Below, one piece after another: positions 12,401 through 23,911 of a DNA stretch of 44,574 nt (its first letter is position 1; every line of letters starts with the position of its first letter). Under the pieces are notes generated by a model. The model did no database searches. It was not told where the DNA came from and worked only from the letters and a program-made list of their open reading frames with translations. The position numbers and the translations under genes are program-made. The stretch lies in the NCBI GenBank assembly GCA_013115145.1, contig JAAPAO010000270.1:1-44574 (forward strand), read 5' to 3'. Source of the stretch: Perkinsus chesapeaki ATCC PRA-425 (taxonomy: Eukaryota; Protista; Perkinsozoa).

Positions 12401-15400
12401 CATTCGAATCTTTTGGTTGGTAAATCTCGTATGTCTGGCGAGATAACGATGTATCGCACTCTATAGAATTGCACTCCTATGAAGGCAATATATCACATAC
12501 TCTTCCTGTATCCATAAAATATCCTTCATCGGAAGGATGTATCTCGTCATCATAAGCCACAGCTGGAGTGGGATGCAGCGCAGCACTTTTTTGAGACGGA
12601 TTCGAATTCTCCACAGCTTTAGGAGGTCAATATTCTCTTTGGTACAACATCAGATAGCGTTCGCATTTTTGTCCAAGTGTTCCCTGTTCGGTACTTTATT
12701 ATTTTTTGGTAGGTCACTGCGCCGCCAATACTCCTTCTCCTGTCCTATATTGGACATGGGCTTCATCCAAGCCATATGTGCTATCATCGACGCTCTCCTT
12801 AATAACAACACTAAGGAGGCCATGGAGGCACTGCGCGCCGCAAGTCCGGAGGAACAGAAGCAGATCTATGAGGCCTACTTTATTTATGCAATGATGTGGG
12901 CAGTTGGTGGCGCTGTTGCCGATGATAAGATCACCAATCACCGTAAGAGTTTCAATAGTTGGATGAAGAGTACGAGCAAGATCAAGTTCCCTGAGGGCGG
13001 CGAGGCTATGGACTACCGTTACGATACGGTTAGTCAGTCGTGGAAGCACTGGGAGGAGTTCGTGGTGCCTTATGCCCCTATATCGGACAGAATGTTCCAG
13101 ACGATTGTCGTTTCTAATACGGAGATAGAACGTTTGAAGTACAACTTATCGTTGTGCATGAAGAGGGCGAAGCCGGTGCTGTTCTGCGGTGTTGCTGGTA
13201 AGTGATGAATCGTCACGCGCCACGAAATTGAATTAGGTTTTTTTCTCCATGTTTTCGACACTTACATATCTGTTGATACCTGAAACTATTGAAACTGATG
13301 GAGATGAAAGTATTTATTTATTTTTACTTTTTTTGAAATTTTAACTTCGTGAAATTATTTTCGGAAACTATTAATGTCGGTTGATGCCGTCCAAGTAACG
13401 TCTTTTAGGTACCGGTAAAACAACCATTGTGAAGGACTATCTGTCAGAGCTCGGCGAAGAGATGTTGAGTGCCTCTTTGAATCTCAACAGCTACACCGAT
13501 AGCTTCTCATTGCAGCTTATCTTGGAGAGCTACCTGGACAAGAGGACGGGAAGAACCTTTGGTCCACCGGGAAACAAGAAATGCGTCTACTTTATTGACG
13601 ATCTCAACATGCCTTATGTGGATGAATACGACACACAGAGCGCTATTATGCTTCTGACGCAGGTGAGTATCTTTTTGCAGTGTGAAAGTCACGCTTCAAG
13701 CTCAGTTAATATCTTATGAAACTCTATTCGATCGATTCCACCTCGAAGAGAAAAAGGACATCGTTGACATTCAGTACTGTGCGTGCATGAACCCCAAGGC
13801 CGGGAGCTTCATGGTCAACGCTCGTCTCCAAAGGCACTTCACGGTCCTCACAACATTCGCGCCAACTGGCGACCTTATCACACAAATCTACTCCCAAATC
13901 TTGGGCCATCATTTGCAGCAGTTTGAAGGTGGTGTGCAGAAGCACCAGGAAAATATTGTTAACGCTACGACGGAGGTCCTGAATCGTATCTTAGCTCAAC
14001 CATGCTTCTTGCCCTCGGCGAAGAAGTTCCATTATCAATTCAATCTGAAGGACCTCTCGAACGTATTCCAGTCGTTACTCAACACCAGCCCGGGGCTCTT
14101 CCGGGGCAACCCAGTGAAGTACCTCAGAGTTTGGCTTCACGAGTGCGAGAGAGTATTCTCGGATCGATTGGTCAGCGAGGACGACATGAAGGAAATGCGA
14201 GCTATCTTCGAACAGGCCGCGAAGAAGCACTTTACTGGAGTCAATATGGAGGAGCTTTTCGCGGAGGATCTCCTCTTTACTTCATTTATTTCTGTGCACG
14301 GCGGCAACGACAAGCAATACATGCAAATTCGAGACCAGGACCAGCTGAATCATGTTTTGACCGAGAAGCTGGCGGAATATAACGAGACCTTTGCTGAGAT
14401 GAATCTGGTGCTTTTCGAGGACGCCATGGCTCACGTCTGCCGTATCGCCAGAATCATCGACCTTCCCTGCGGAAATGCTCTGTTGGTTGGCGTCGGTGGT
14501 TCCGGGAAGCAATCGCTGTCTCGGTTGGCGTGCTTTGTGATGCAAACTGATGTGGTGACGATTCTGGTGAATATGTCTTATGGTTTGGCCGATCTTAAGA
14601 TTGACCTCCAAGAGATGTACAAGAAGGCCGCGGTGAAGCCCGGCTCACCGCACGCTTTCCTGCTGACCGATGGTCAAATTGCTGATGAAAGATTCTTGGT
14701 CTTTATCAATGATATGTTGGCTACTGGTAATATACCTGATCTCTTCACCAGGGAGGAATATGATGCTCTTCTTGGGGCAATCAGGAATCAGGCTAAGGCC
14801 GCAGGGGTGAGTGCGGGGGGGAAGGCTTCATGGCGATAATAGAAACACTTTTTGGATTTATATATTATGCCACCACTTTCTCATTACATTTATATACTAT
14901 TTTTATACCTCCACTTTCTCATTGCATTTATATATTATTTTTGTTCCTCCACTTCCTCGAATGTTTCTCCCTTTCAGTACCCCGACGAACGTTCCTCACT
15001 GTTCCAGTTCTTCCTCGACAAGGTCCGCAAGAATCTGCATCTCATTCTCTGTCACTCCCCAGTCGGCGACACCTTCCGTATTCGGGGCCGTAAATTCCCC
15101 GCACTCATTTCCTGCATGACCGTCGACGAATTCCATCCCTGGCCGCGCGGAGCTCTGACTTTCGTGGCATCCCGGTTCCTGGAGGACATCAATCTGCCGG
15201 AGGAAAGTCTGTACGATAAGCTGGCGGCTAACATGGCCGAGGTGCACTTGTCGATCGATGTGGCGAACGCGCGGTATCTGGCGGTGGAGCGACGGTATAA
15301 TTATACGACACCGAAGAGCTTCCTGGAGCTGATTGCCTTCTACAAGCAACTGTTGGAGAGCAAAAGGTCGAAGGTTGAAGTTAATATAGAGAGGCTGGAG

Positions 15401-18400
15401 AAGGGCCTGACGATCATGGAGCAAGTTCAATCGAAGGTTGAAGGCTTGAAGGAAGATCTCAAGGTTAAGATGGTCCAAGTGGAGGAGAAGAAGGCGGCGA
15501 CGAACGTCCTTATCGATGAGGTGAGAACTTTACATCGGTGTTTTTCGAAGGCGTCCGGGAATTGATGGACTGAATTATACAGTGCTATAATCCGACCGGC
15601 ATCTTCAGAATACCTGACTACGCTCTGAGGCTCTGAGATTTGCTCCCCTACAGATTTCACGGCATCGAGTAAAATTTAATCAAAAGAAAATCCAACCTGA
15701 AGTCGCATTGCGGCTGTTGTGAGCGGGAATCTGCTAGAAGTGTCCCTGATGATTTCCTTTGTGAAGTGTGGTTCGTGCTCAGGTCACCGTGGCGTCTGAG
15801 AAGGCAGCTGCAGAGAAGGCTGTAGCTGACGAGGAGGCAACGAAGACCAATGCACTTGCGGAGGAAGCAAGCAAGATAAAGACTCAAGCTGATGGCGAAT
15901 TGGCAGAGGCGATGCCGGCGATGGAGGCGGCTAAGGAGGCGGTAGACTGCTTGACTAAGCCAGCCATCACGGAGCTGAAGTCCTTGGGCAAACCTCCGCC
16001 AGATTGTGTGGAGGTGACGAAGGCGGTTATGATTTTGTTGAGAAACGAGAAGAAAAACTTGGACTGGAAGGCCGCACAGAAAATGATGAACAACCCGCAA
16101 GCGTTTTTGGACGAAGTTATGTCGTTCAATGCGAATGAAATCCCGGACTGGGTGTTGGATATGATAGATCCGATTCTACAGAAAGATTTCTTCAACTACA
16201 ACTCGATGAAATCGAAATCGGTGGCAGCGGCATATCTTTGTAATTGGGTGGTTAATATTGTGAAGTACAATAGGATATACGTGAAGGTGGCGCCGTTGAT
16301 GGAGAAGGTGGCGGAATCAACAAAACAAAAGGAAGATGCTGAAGCTGCTCTTGTCATTGTGCTTACGAGAGTCCGAGAGGTCGAGGAAAAAGTTGCCAAG
16401 CTCGAGAAGACCCTTAGTGACGCGGTGACAGAGAAGGAGCAGACTGAAGCGGAAGCCAGTGCTTGTTTGACTAAGTTGGAGCTGGCTCAGAGACTTGTAG
16501 ATGGTCTGGCTGATGAGTATGCTCGATGGACGCAGACGGTTAAGGATTTGAAGGAGAAGAGCCTCACACTTATCGGTGACTCGATGCTGGCTTCTGCGTT
16601 CGTTGGGTAAGTTTTTCCGAGGGCTTCATAACTCTCCTGATTGGCTGTAGCGTTGAGCTTATTGAAAGTTTCGCGTGAAATTCGGTGCATAATAATACTG
16701 TTTATTTCTCAGCAATAATTGCCATTTTTCAAAAAGATATTTTCTGATCCCCATCAGATACATCAGTCCATTCTCGGCAGCCTTCCGTCTCGATCTGTGG
16801 AGTAACGTGTGGAGTGGCGATATTAAAGAGAAGGGAATACCCTTTACCGAGGGAGTGGATCCCCTCACGGTGCTGGCCTCCGAAGCTGACATTGCTCTAT
16901 GGAAGAATGAAGGCTTGCCGGCTGACAGGATCTCTGTTGAGAACGCCGCAGTGGTGACCAGTTGTGCAAGGTGGCCTCTACTTATTGACCCCCAACTTCA
17001 AGGTAAGATACTTTTTTGCTTGCTACGCTGCTGCTCATAAAGAATCCTTTGCATTCTTAACATACTTACAGCTATTCATAATGTATTGATTCTCTAGCAT
17101 TGTTCATCGTATTATACGGGCATCCAGCCTCCGAGGCTTGCAGCTCTACTGCGTACTATACTGCGTAAAAATGTTGCTCGCGGATCCGTCCAATCTGGAA
17201 GGATAAAAACACATGCTTAGTGGCGCTCTTGGACACACCAGCATACCTACTATGCAGGGACTTGCTCTTAGCTGTCCGCTTGCAGGTGTGAAGTGGATTA
17301 AGCAGAGACTGGGCGAGGATATGACAGCCATTCAGCTCACTCAACCCAATTGGCTTCAGAAGGTCCTCTTCTGCGTCTCCATGGGAGGCCAGCTCCTCAT
17401 TGAGGCTGTCGGAGAGGAAATCGATGCCATCCTGGAGCCGCTGCTTGCAAGGTCGGATACTTTGGCGGATTAATGATTGGCTAGAGTGCTGTTATTTTAG
17501 GCAAATATCTCGAAGAGGCCGCAGTGGCTTTGTGATTAAGATTGGTGGCGAAGAGATAGATTACGACCAGAAATTCCAGCTTATTCTGCAGAGCAAGTTG
17601 CCTAACCCACACTACAGGTGAGCTTGAATAATTCTACCGAATTTCCTCCAAATCTACTGGTAAGATACCTCGATTGAAATGCTCGTTCGTTCAGGCCTGA
17701 GATTGCAGCCCAATGTACGATCATTAACTTTATAGTGACACCCGAGGGTCTCGAGGATCAAATCTTAGCGATGGTTGTTAACGTTGAAAAACCCGAGCTT
17801 GAACAGCAGAAACAAGAATTGGTGAGATTTCAAAGCGACTTTAACGAGGCGAGAGATCGTCTTTGCGCGTCAGGTCCGAAAGCAGAACGAGTTTAAAGTG
17901 ACGCTGGCGAAGTTGGAAGACGATTTACTGGCCCAGCTGGCCGCCGCCGACCCGGCAACTATCCTTGATAACGTTGCTCTGATTGAAGGCTTGGAAGTTA
18001 CTAAGAAAACTGCTAATGAGATTAGCGAACAAGTACGCAAGTCAAGAATAGGTTCGAACCGATCATCTTGTGATGACAGGTTAAATTAGCAAACGAAACC
18101 GAGGTCCAAATCAATGAGTCGCGAGAGCAGTACCGTCCTGTCAGTGCCGAGGGGTCGATGCTTTTCTTCCTTATTATCCAGCTCTGCTTTATTGAGCATA
18201 TGTGAGCAGTGGGCTTCTCGTGAAGTATCTAAGTCTTCACGCAGGTACCAGTACTCGCTGGACAGCTTTGTCAGCTTCCTTTATCGTGCTATTGACCGGA
18301 CACCGGCGTCGGAAAGTGTAGCGGAGCGATGCAATTCATTGATATACACCATAAGGATTACTATATTCCGCTGGGTTAACCGTGGCCTCTTCGAGCGACA

Positions 18401-21199
18401 CAAGCTTATCTTCTGCTCGTTGCTTACATTCAAGTTGCTCCAGCGTGGCCTTCTCGAAGAAAGATACAACGCGGCGCAGTATCAGTTCTTGCTAAGAGGG
18501 CCTATAAGAACAGATATCGAGAATCCCATTGCGGACTGGTTGCCCAACGCCAATTGGTGAGGACTTAGCCCAACTTAGGCGCTTCTTGGTAGGGTGCTGT
18601 TTTGACAGGTACGCAGTGCAGAAGTTGGTCGAATTGGAAGGCTTTGAGTCTTTTGCTCATAACATGGAGAAGGACGCCCCAAGCCGGTTCAAGGAGTGGT
18701 TCAATGAGCAAGCTCCAGAGGACCAAAAGCTCCCATTGGACTGGAAAAAGCTCGATAGTCAACCGCTTCAGAAAATGCTTGTTTTGAGATGCTTGAGGCC
18801 TGACAGGATGACGATCATGATGGGTAAGTCTGTTTTTTAATGAAGCTTAGACGTGACACCAATTCAACCTCGAAAATATCTTTGTAACCTGACCTCAGGT
18901 GATTGGATCCGCAAGGCCCTTCCGCATGGTCGCGAGTACATGGACTGTGATGGCAGCAGCAGCTTCTATGAAGTTTTGTCGAGCAGCTTCGACGACTCCT
19001 CCAACACAACACCGATATTCTTCATTCTGTCTCCTGGTGCCGATCCGGTCAAGGAAGTCGAGGCGCTTGGCAGGAAGGTCATTCAGCTGCAGATTAATGT
19101 GAACTATCACAATGTTGCTATGGGCCAAGGCCAAGACGTGATAGCGATGGCCAAGCTCGATCTCGGCCATAAGGAAGGCCACTGGATTATGCTGCAGAAT
19201 ATTCACCTAATGCCTCGGTGGTGCACAGAATTGGAGAAGAAGCTTGACAACTTTGCTATTGAGGGCTCCCATCCCAACTTCAGATGCTTCCTCAGCGCGG
19301 ATCCATCTAATGGCATTCCTATCGGCATCCTGGAAAGGTCGATTAAGTTGACAAACGAGCCTCCTCAAGGTTTACTGGCGAACCTTCGCCGAGCTTTCGC
19401 TTTCTTTAATAAGGAAGACTTTGAAGAGAGAGATTCCAAGGTTAAAAGTATCCTATTTGGTCTTTGCCACTTCCACGGTGTCATGCTTGAAAGGAAGAAG
19501 TTCGGCCCTCTCGGGTACAATATGATGTATCCGTTCTCTATTGGTGATCTTCGAGACTCGGCAAGTGTGCTGTATAACTACCTTGAGAATGCCTCGGCTG
19601 TTAAAGTCCCATGGGACGATCTGAGGTATATATTCGGTGAGATTATGTATGGTGGCCACATAGTCGATGATTGGGACAGAAAACTGTGCAAAACTTATTT
19701 GGAGTTTTATATGCATGATGAGCTGCTGGACGAGACCGAGCTGGTAAGCCTGGTGACTACCTCTTAATGGTATCTCTTTTGCAGGTGCCCTTCACTGACC
19801 CTTCCAAGCTAAGCTTCCTATCACCAGCTCCGAGCTCCCATGAGAAGTATCTCGAACATATCGAGCTCATGCCTACCGAGACACCTCAGTTCTTCGGGCT
19901 TCACCCGAATGCTGAGATAGGGTAAGTTGCAAGCTGCATTCTGCTTCAACGCTGCCATATAGGTTTCGTACCGCACAGTCCAACATGCTTTTCCAGACCC
20001 TGCTTAATCTGGACGCTCGGTCAGGTGGTTCTGGTGGAGGAGATGAAGATGCAGGAGAGGTAGGATACGCTGATCGACTGTTAGGCATTTTGTGAGTTTA
20101 GGCTATGTCACCATTGGCGATGGCTGAAGCTTTTTGTAACGACATCCTCGACGATGTTAGAGACATCAAATTCCCCGTTGAAGATATTAGCCGATCAATG
20201 CCAGACGAGGAGAAAGGTGCGTCTCGACAAGACTGATACCTTAGCCGTATTAGATCATATTGGTCAGGTCCCTACCAATATGTCTTCCTGCAAGAGTGCA
20301 GCTACATGAATGAACTTATATTCGAGATGGTCAGGTGAGATCAATGGCTGACGCCAACGGTGACATGATCTCGCTCGACCACAGGTCCTTACAAGAATTA
20401 CAGCTCGGTTTCAAGGGCGAACTTACCATGTCGGAAACTATGGAGAATCTGAGCAACGCGTTGATACTGGAGATTATCCCTCCTCGCTGGGCGAAGTTGG
20501 CGTTCCCCAGCACCCGTCCGTTGCGCTCGTGGCTCATGAACTTGAAGGAGAGGTGAACGGCTTGTGAGACTGTCCCTTTTTTAGCTGCTTTGCCTGACCA
20601 GGTGCGCTCAACTTGAGGAGTGGACTAATGACCCCGCATCTGTGCCGAAGGTCGTTGATGTCTCCAAGTTCTTCAATCCGCAATCCTTCCTAACGGCAAT
20701 TAAGCAACTTTGCTGTCAACAACAGATGCTCGAGCTGGATAAGCTCATGGTCTTCACGGAAGTTACGAAGAGAGAAAAATCCCAAATTGAAAGTTTCAGT
20801 CGCGAGGGTGCCTACGTTACCGGGATGTTCCTTGAAGTACGTTGAATGCTCGAGGATGTGTTTTACGACATAATTTAGGGAGCTCGCTGGGATGTCAACG
20901 GCAATTGCCTTGATGAATCCAAGCCGAAGGAGATGTTCTGCAAGATGCCTGTTATTAATTGCAAGGCCGGGCTGGCAGATGAAACTGGTGGAGGCAAGGG
21001 CGAGAAGGGAATGTACATCTGCCCGATGTGAGCGACTCTGGCATGCACTTAGGTGATTACTCGTGCTTTCTGCAGATACTGTACGCCGCAGAGAAGGCCG
21101 TACTTCGTCTTCGCTGCGCAACTACGAACGAAGCATAACCCCGCCAAATGGGTGCTGGCTGGTGTGGCCATGATTCTTGATATCGGTATTGCTGTATAA
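420..21199 (+). CDS. ODA4: Axonemal dynein heavy chain, outer-arm beta type (DNAH9/11/17 class); 42 exons, 4561 aa
   Basis: Hand-spliced with 41 GT-AG introns (497-544, 639-682, 797-838, 940-981, 1115-1252, 1325-1369, 1541-1825, 2128-2443, 3168-3312, 3492-3858, 4806-5237, 5459-6011, 6743-7311, 7986-8517, 8745-8792, 8943-9234, 9658-9819, 10187-10499, 11633-12022, 12262-12712, 13198-13408, 13663-13705, 14807-14977, 15521-15782, 16607-16757, 17003-17285, 17452-17500, 17618-17694, 17822-17873, 18033-18079, 18202-18244, 18557-18608, 18824-18898, 19744-19784, 19922-19962, 20060-20101, 20217-20267, 20335-20384, 20553-20601, 20837-20878, 21028-21075). The introns total 7094 nt, leaving 13686 nt = 4562 codons from ATG 420 to TAA 21197-21199. 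Motifs: tail [14 protein letters not shown]; linker FPRFYFV; AAA1 [52 protein letters not shown]; AAA3 GVAGTGKT; AAA4 [10 protein letters not shown]; stalk/[13 protein letters not shown]; AAA5 [12 protein letters not shown]; AAA6 [11 protein letters not shown]; C-terminal [11 protein letters not shown], typical of the beta class (the gamma class has LRGVALL). No N-terminal kelch repeats. The orthologue name is inferred. Confidence 0.96.
5710..5784 (+). other. Long hairpin / inverted repeat in dynein intron 12
   Basis: Arm 5710-5735 gttatacaactatatggacttcaaaa pairs with arm 5759-5784 ttttggagtctatatagttgtataac: 24 of 26 Watson-Crick pairs and 2 G-U pairs. The 23-nt spacer contains a further gaata/tattc stem. 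Confidence 0.85.
14873..14958. repeat. 38-nt tandem repeat (about 2.3 copies) in dynein intron 23
   Basis: ccactttctcatt(a/g)catttatata... starts at 14873 and 14911, with a partial copy at 14949. Confidence 0.9.
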
Positions 21200-22547
21200 T
21201 ACCGCCTTCTTCCACGATCATGGCTTTAGTGAAAGGTTGTCTGATAGATCAGCTTAGTTGTGTTAACTGTCAACGATGTAAAATACCACAGCGAGGTGCC
21301 AGGAAGAGTTGGCAATTCCTTACCAAGACACATCGGCGATCTATGAGCAACGCAGGTGATGCATTACGAAGATTCGTAACATTTACCCCCTGAGCCTTTC
21401 AGCGCGAGATTGAGGGGCAGATCAATAATAGTCTAATACATTAGAAGTACTGGCGAGTCGGATGAACTAGCAGTGGGTCGGGGTACCACCTTGACTGTCG
21501 TTGCACAGAGGCGAAACTAGAGGCTCACCGGTGCTTTGTAATCTCTGATCGATAAATAGTATACTCCGAAGGAATGACGGCGTGTTACTTCGGCATTTTA
21601 TCTGTTTCCTGAGTCAGGAGTTCTCAGGAGTCCTGACAACTTTGTGACACCATGTCACTGACACGCTCAGCCAGGCTAAGGCCCCAATGTTCGACGTCCG
21701 CAATATGTCATCAACGGTAACAGTTCTGTGTACCGAGACTTCAAGGTGCGCCGCCGCCACGTACCAGTTTATATCCGATGGAGTCATGGAAGATTCGTCG
21801 ACTTTTCATTTCTTTATGGTTAGTGTATTAAACCTAGTAATGCACTCAGTTATAAGTACTACCCTTCCAGACAGCCCGTCACTAAGAGCGGTAAGTCGCA
21901 TAACCTCCTCCTAGTCGCTGTGGATATCTAGTTTCTTACGGGTTCTAGATTATCCTTATTGTAGACCAAGGAGAGCTTCCCCATGGTATGGCAGATTTCT
22001 GAGTCACGTTGCGTCCAACTCTATTGCCCTTTGTATCACTATGAGGCCTCCCTTTGTCATCATGGAGCTCTTCTTAGATTAACCGATAATAATCTCAACA
22101 CAGTGCTTTATACCCAGGAGTGCTCCAGCCTCCACAAAGGGAATTGTAGAATGCTTGGAATCGACGCATTGCTGCTCATGCAGGTGCGAAGGCAGAGATA
22201 GAGAGCAGCCTAGTATTCGAGCGTACAATCCTTAAGAATTCGGCCTCCCAAAGACTACGTCTACAGGCTAGTCAAGCCTCCGAGCGACAGACTGCGATAA
22301 ATTAGCCCTTAATGATTGCTTTGGCCGCAAAGCGGTAGCTGTCCATGATATGTTCATAGCCATTCGAACCGAAAACTCACTCGTCCCGTTATCCACGAAT
22401 ATCTCATTAGCCGGTATTAGGGTAGCTGCGCTTCGATATATGCGCATGAACAGTGCGGGGTTCATGCAGCCCGATTCATACAGTATGCATTGGAGTCTCA
22501 CCTGGTTTAGGTGATAACCTGGTTTACGCTAAGTGTTACAGTCAAAA

Positions 22548-23030
22548 CCCTTTCGCGTTAAAAAACGTGTGAAAACCGCGATAACGGGAAAAACACTTCC
22601 GCCATAACGCGTTGTAACGCGTTTTTCGCGTAATGCGAAGTGTAGAGCGCTTTTTTCACAGCGCCGCAAGTGAACTGTTCCTAGTACTCCCAAATACGGC
22701 AGGGCGACAACCTGTACATAGCACTCTGAGGGTACTATGTACAAACTCGAGAATAATAGTAAACCAAGGCTGAACCCATAACCGAGTTGGGGGATGAAAA
22801 TAAGCGTTGTTTGGTGGTTAATAAGAGCGAAAGTATTGCAGTTGGATAGTAGGATTACTTGTCGAAGTAGCTTATTCCGAGTAAGCCTTTCGCTTCTCGC
22901 ATAATCGCAACGCGTTGTGTGACGTGTTGTGTAAAACACATCGACGTTTTTCGCGTTTTTGCGTTAAAAGGCCCTCGTTTCGGGAAGCGTTATTCGTTGT
23001 GTGTTTTACACTAGTGGTTTTCACAACACT
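22548..23030. repeat. Degenerate inverted-repeat region with clustered CGCG and GTGT(A/G)AAAAC motifs; possible MITE/foldback relic
   Basis: 22548-22640 aligns loosely and colinearly with the reverse complement of 22890-22972 (cccttt..aaaaacg..cgat..aacac..aacgcgttg..tgcga). There is a perfect 12-nt inverted pair, gtgtaaaacaca 22929-22940 / tgtgttttacac 23000-23011. No TSD or transposase was identified. Confidence 0.35.
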
Positions 23031-23911
23031 GGTGAAACTACAGCGAACCTTTCCCATATTAGTTCGGGGGAGGTAGAGCTCCCGAGCATGGCGCAACTAA
23101 TCCAATTTGGATTATCCAAGAGGGATACATACACAACTAACCCGTATACTGTCCACCGATTGATAAGTATAACTAAGCCAACATCTGCGTATATATAAAC
23201 TATGCGAGCAAATAATGTCAGACCGCAACTACAATATGAACAGGCATGAAAAGCTCAGCAGCTCATGCGACTTGGCGGAAGTAGCGACCTAAGTCATTTC
23301 TCCATCATGATGGAGCTGCTTCCTAGTTTTTTGGTGTTGCGCTGACGTTGTACATTGTGACCGAAAAAAGGGCCCTTCCGTCGTAATTTCGTGGCGCATG
23401 AGAGTACGAGACAATTTGAGGCACTATTTTGAAGCTCTTGGCCAGCTCTTTCTAATGCTGTAGTTAACCACTGTGATACTACTTCATTGAGCTCTAATAT
23501 GACTACTCAGTATGATCATACTATATCAACAATACCTGTTGTGACAACTAGATGTCTCAGCGTGTGGCAAATGACTCATAAGTAACTCAACATGACTTTT
23601 ATTCAAACAAGAACGGACGGCTCAATAAGAGACATGTTACATCCAGTCAACTAATGTAAGTACTTACTTGCTGTTTACCTACAACAGGAACTAGAAGTAC
23701 GTACGAGCGAACGACCGGATGCGCTACACAGCAATAAGTGAGCGGCTCAAGATGTTCCTGCCAAAGGAGACGAGACAAGACTTGGTTATCAGATCACCCG
23801 AGCAACCTCGAGTAGACTGCCCTACGAGTTGATTACTCCACCGCTTGTTTCGGGTCGTGTCACATCCGACCCGCAATGACTCTTGAAAATAGTCTTTTGT
23901 AAATACACGAA

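Noticed and set aside
18050-18061. GGTTCGAACC in dynein intron 30
   Set aside because: No T-stem pairing, no discriminator/T-run at tRNA spacing; a palindromic chance hit.
1343-21121. Many minus-strand and alternative-frame ORFs over the dynein gene (e.g. 9076-9684, 10999-11757, 14996-15478)
   Set aside because: Antisense shadows of a codon-biased CDS with no recognisable motifs.
21200-22500. Short ORFs downstream of dynein as a possible retroelement remnant
   Set aside because: No RT, integrase, RNase H or gag motifs, and no LTR or TSD visible.
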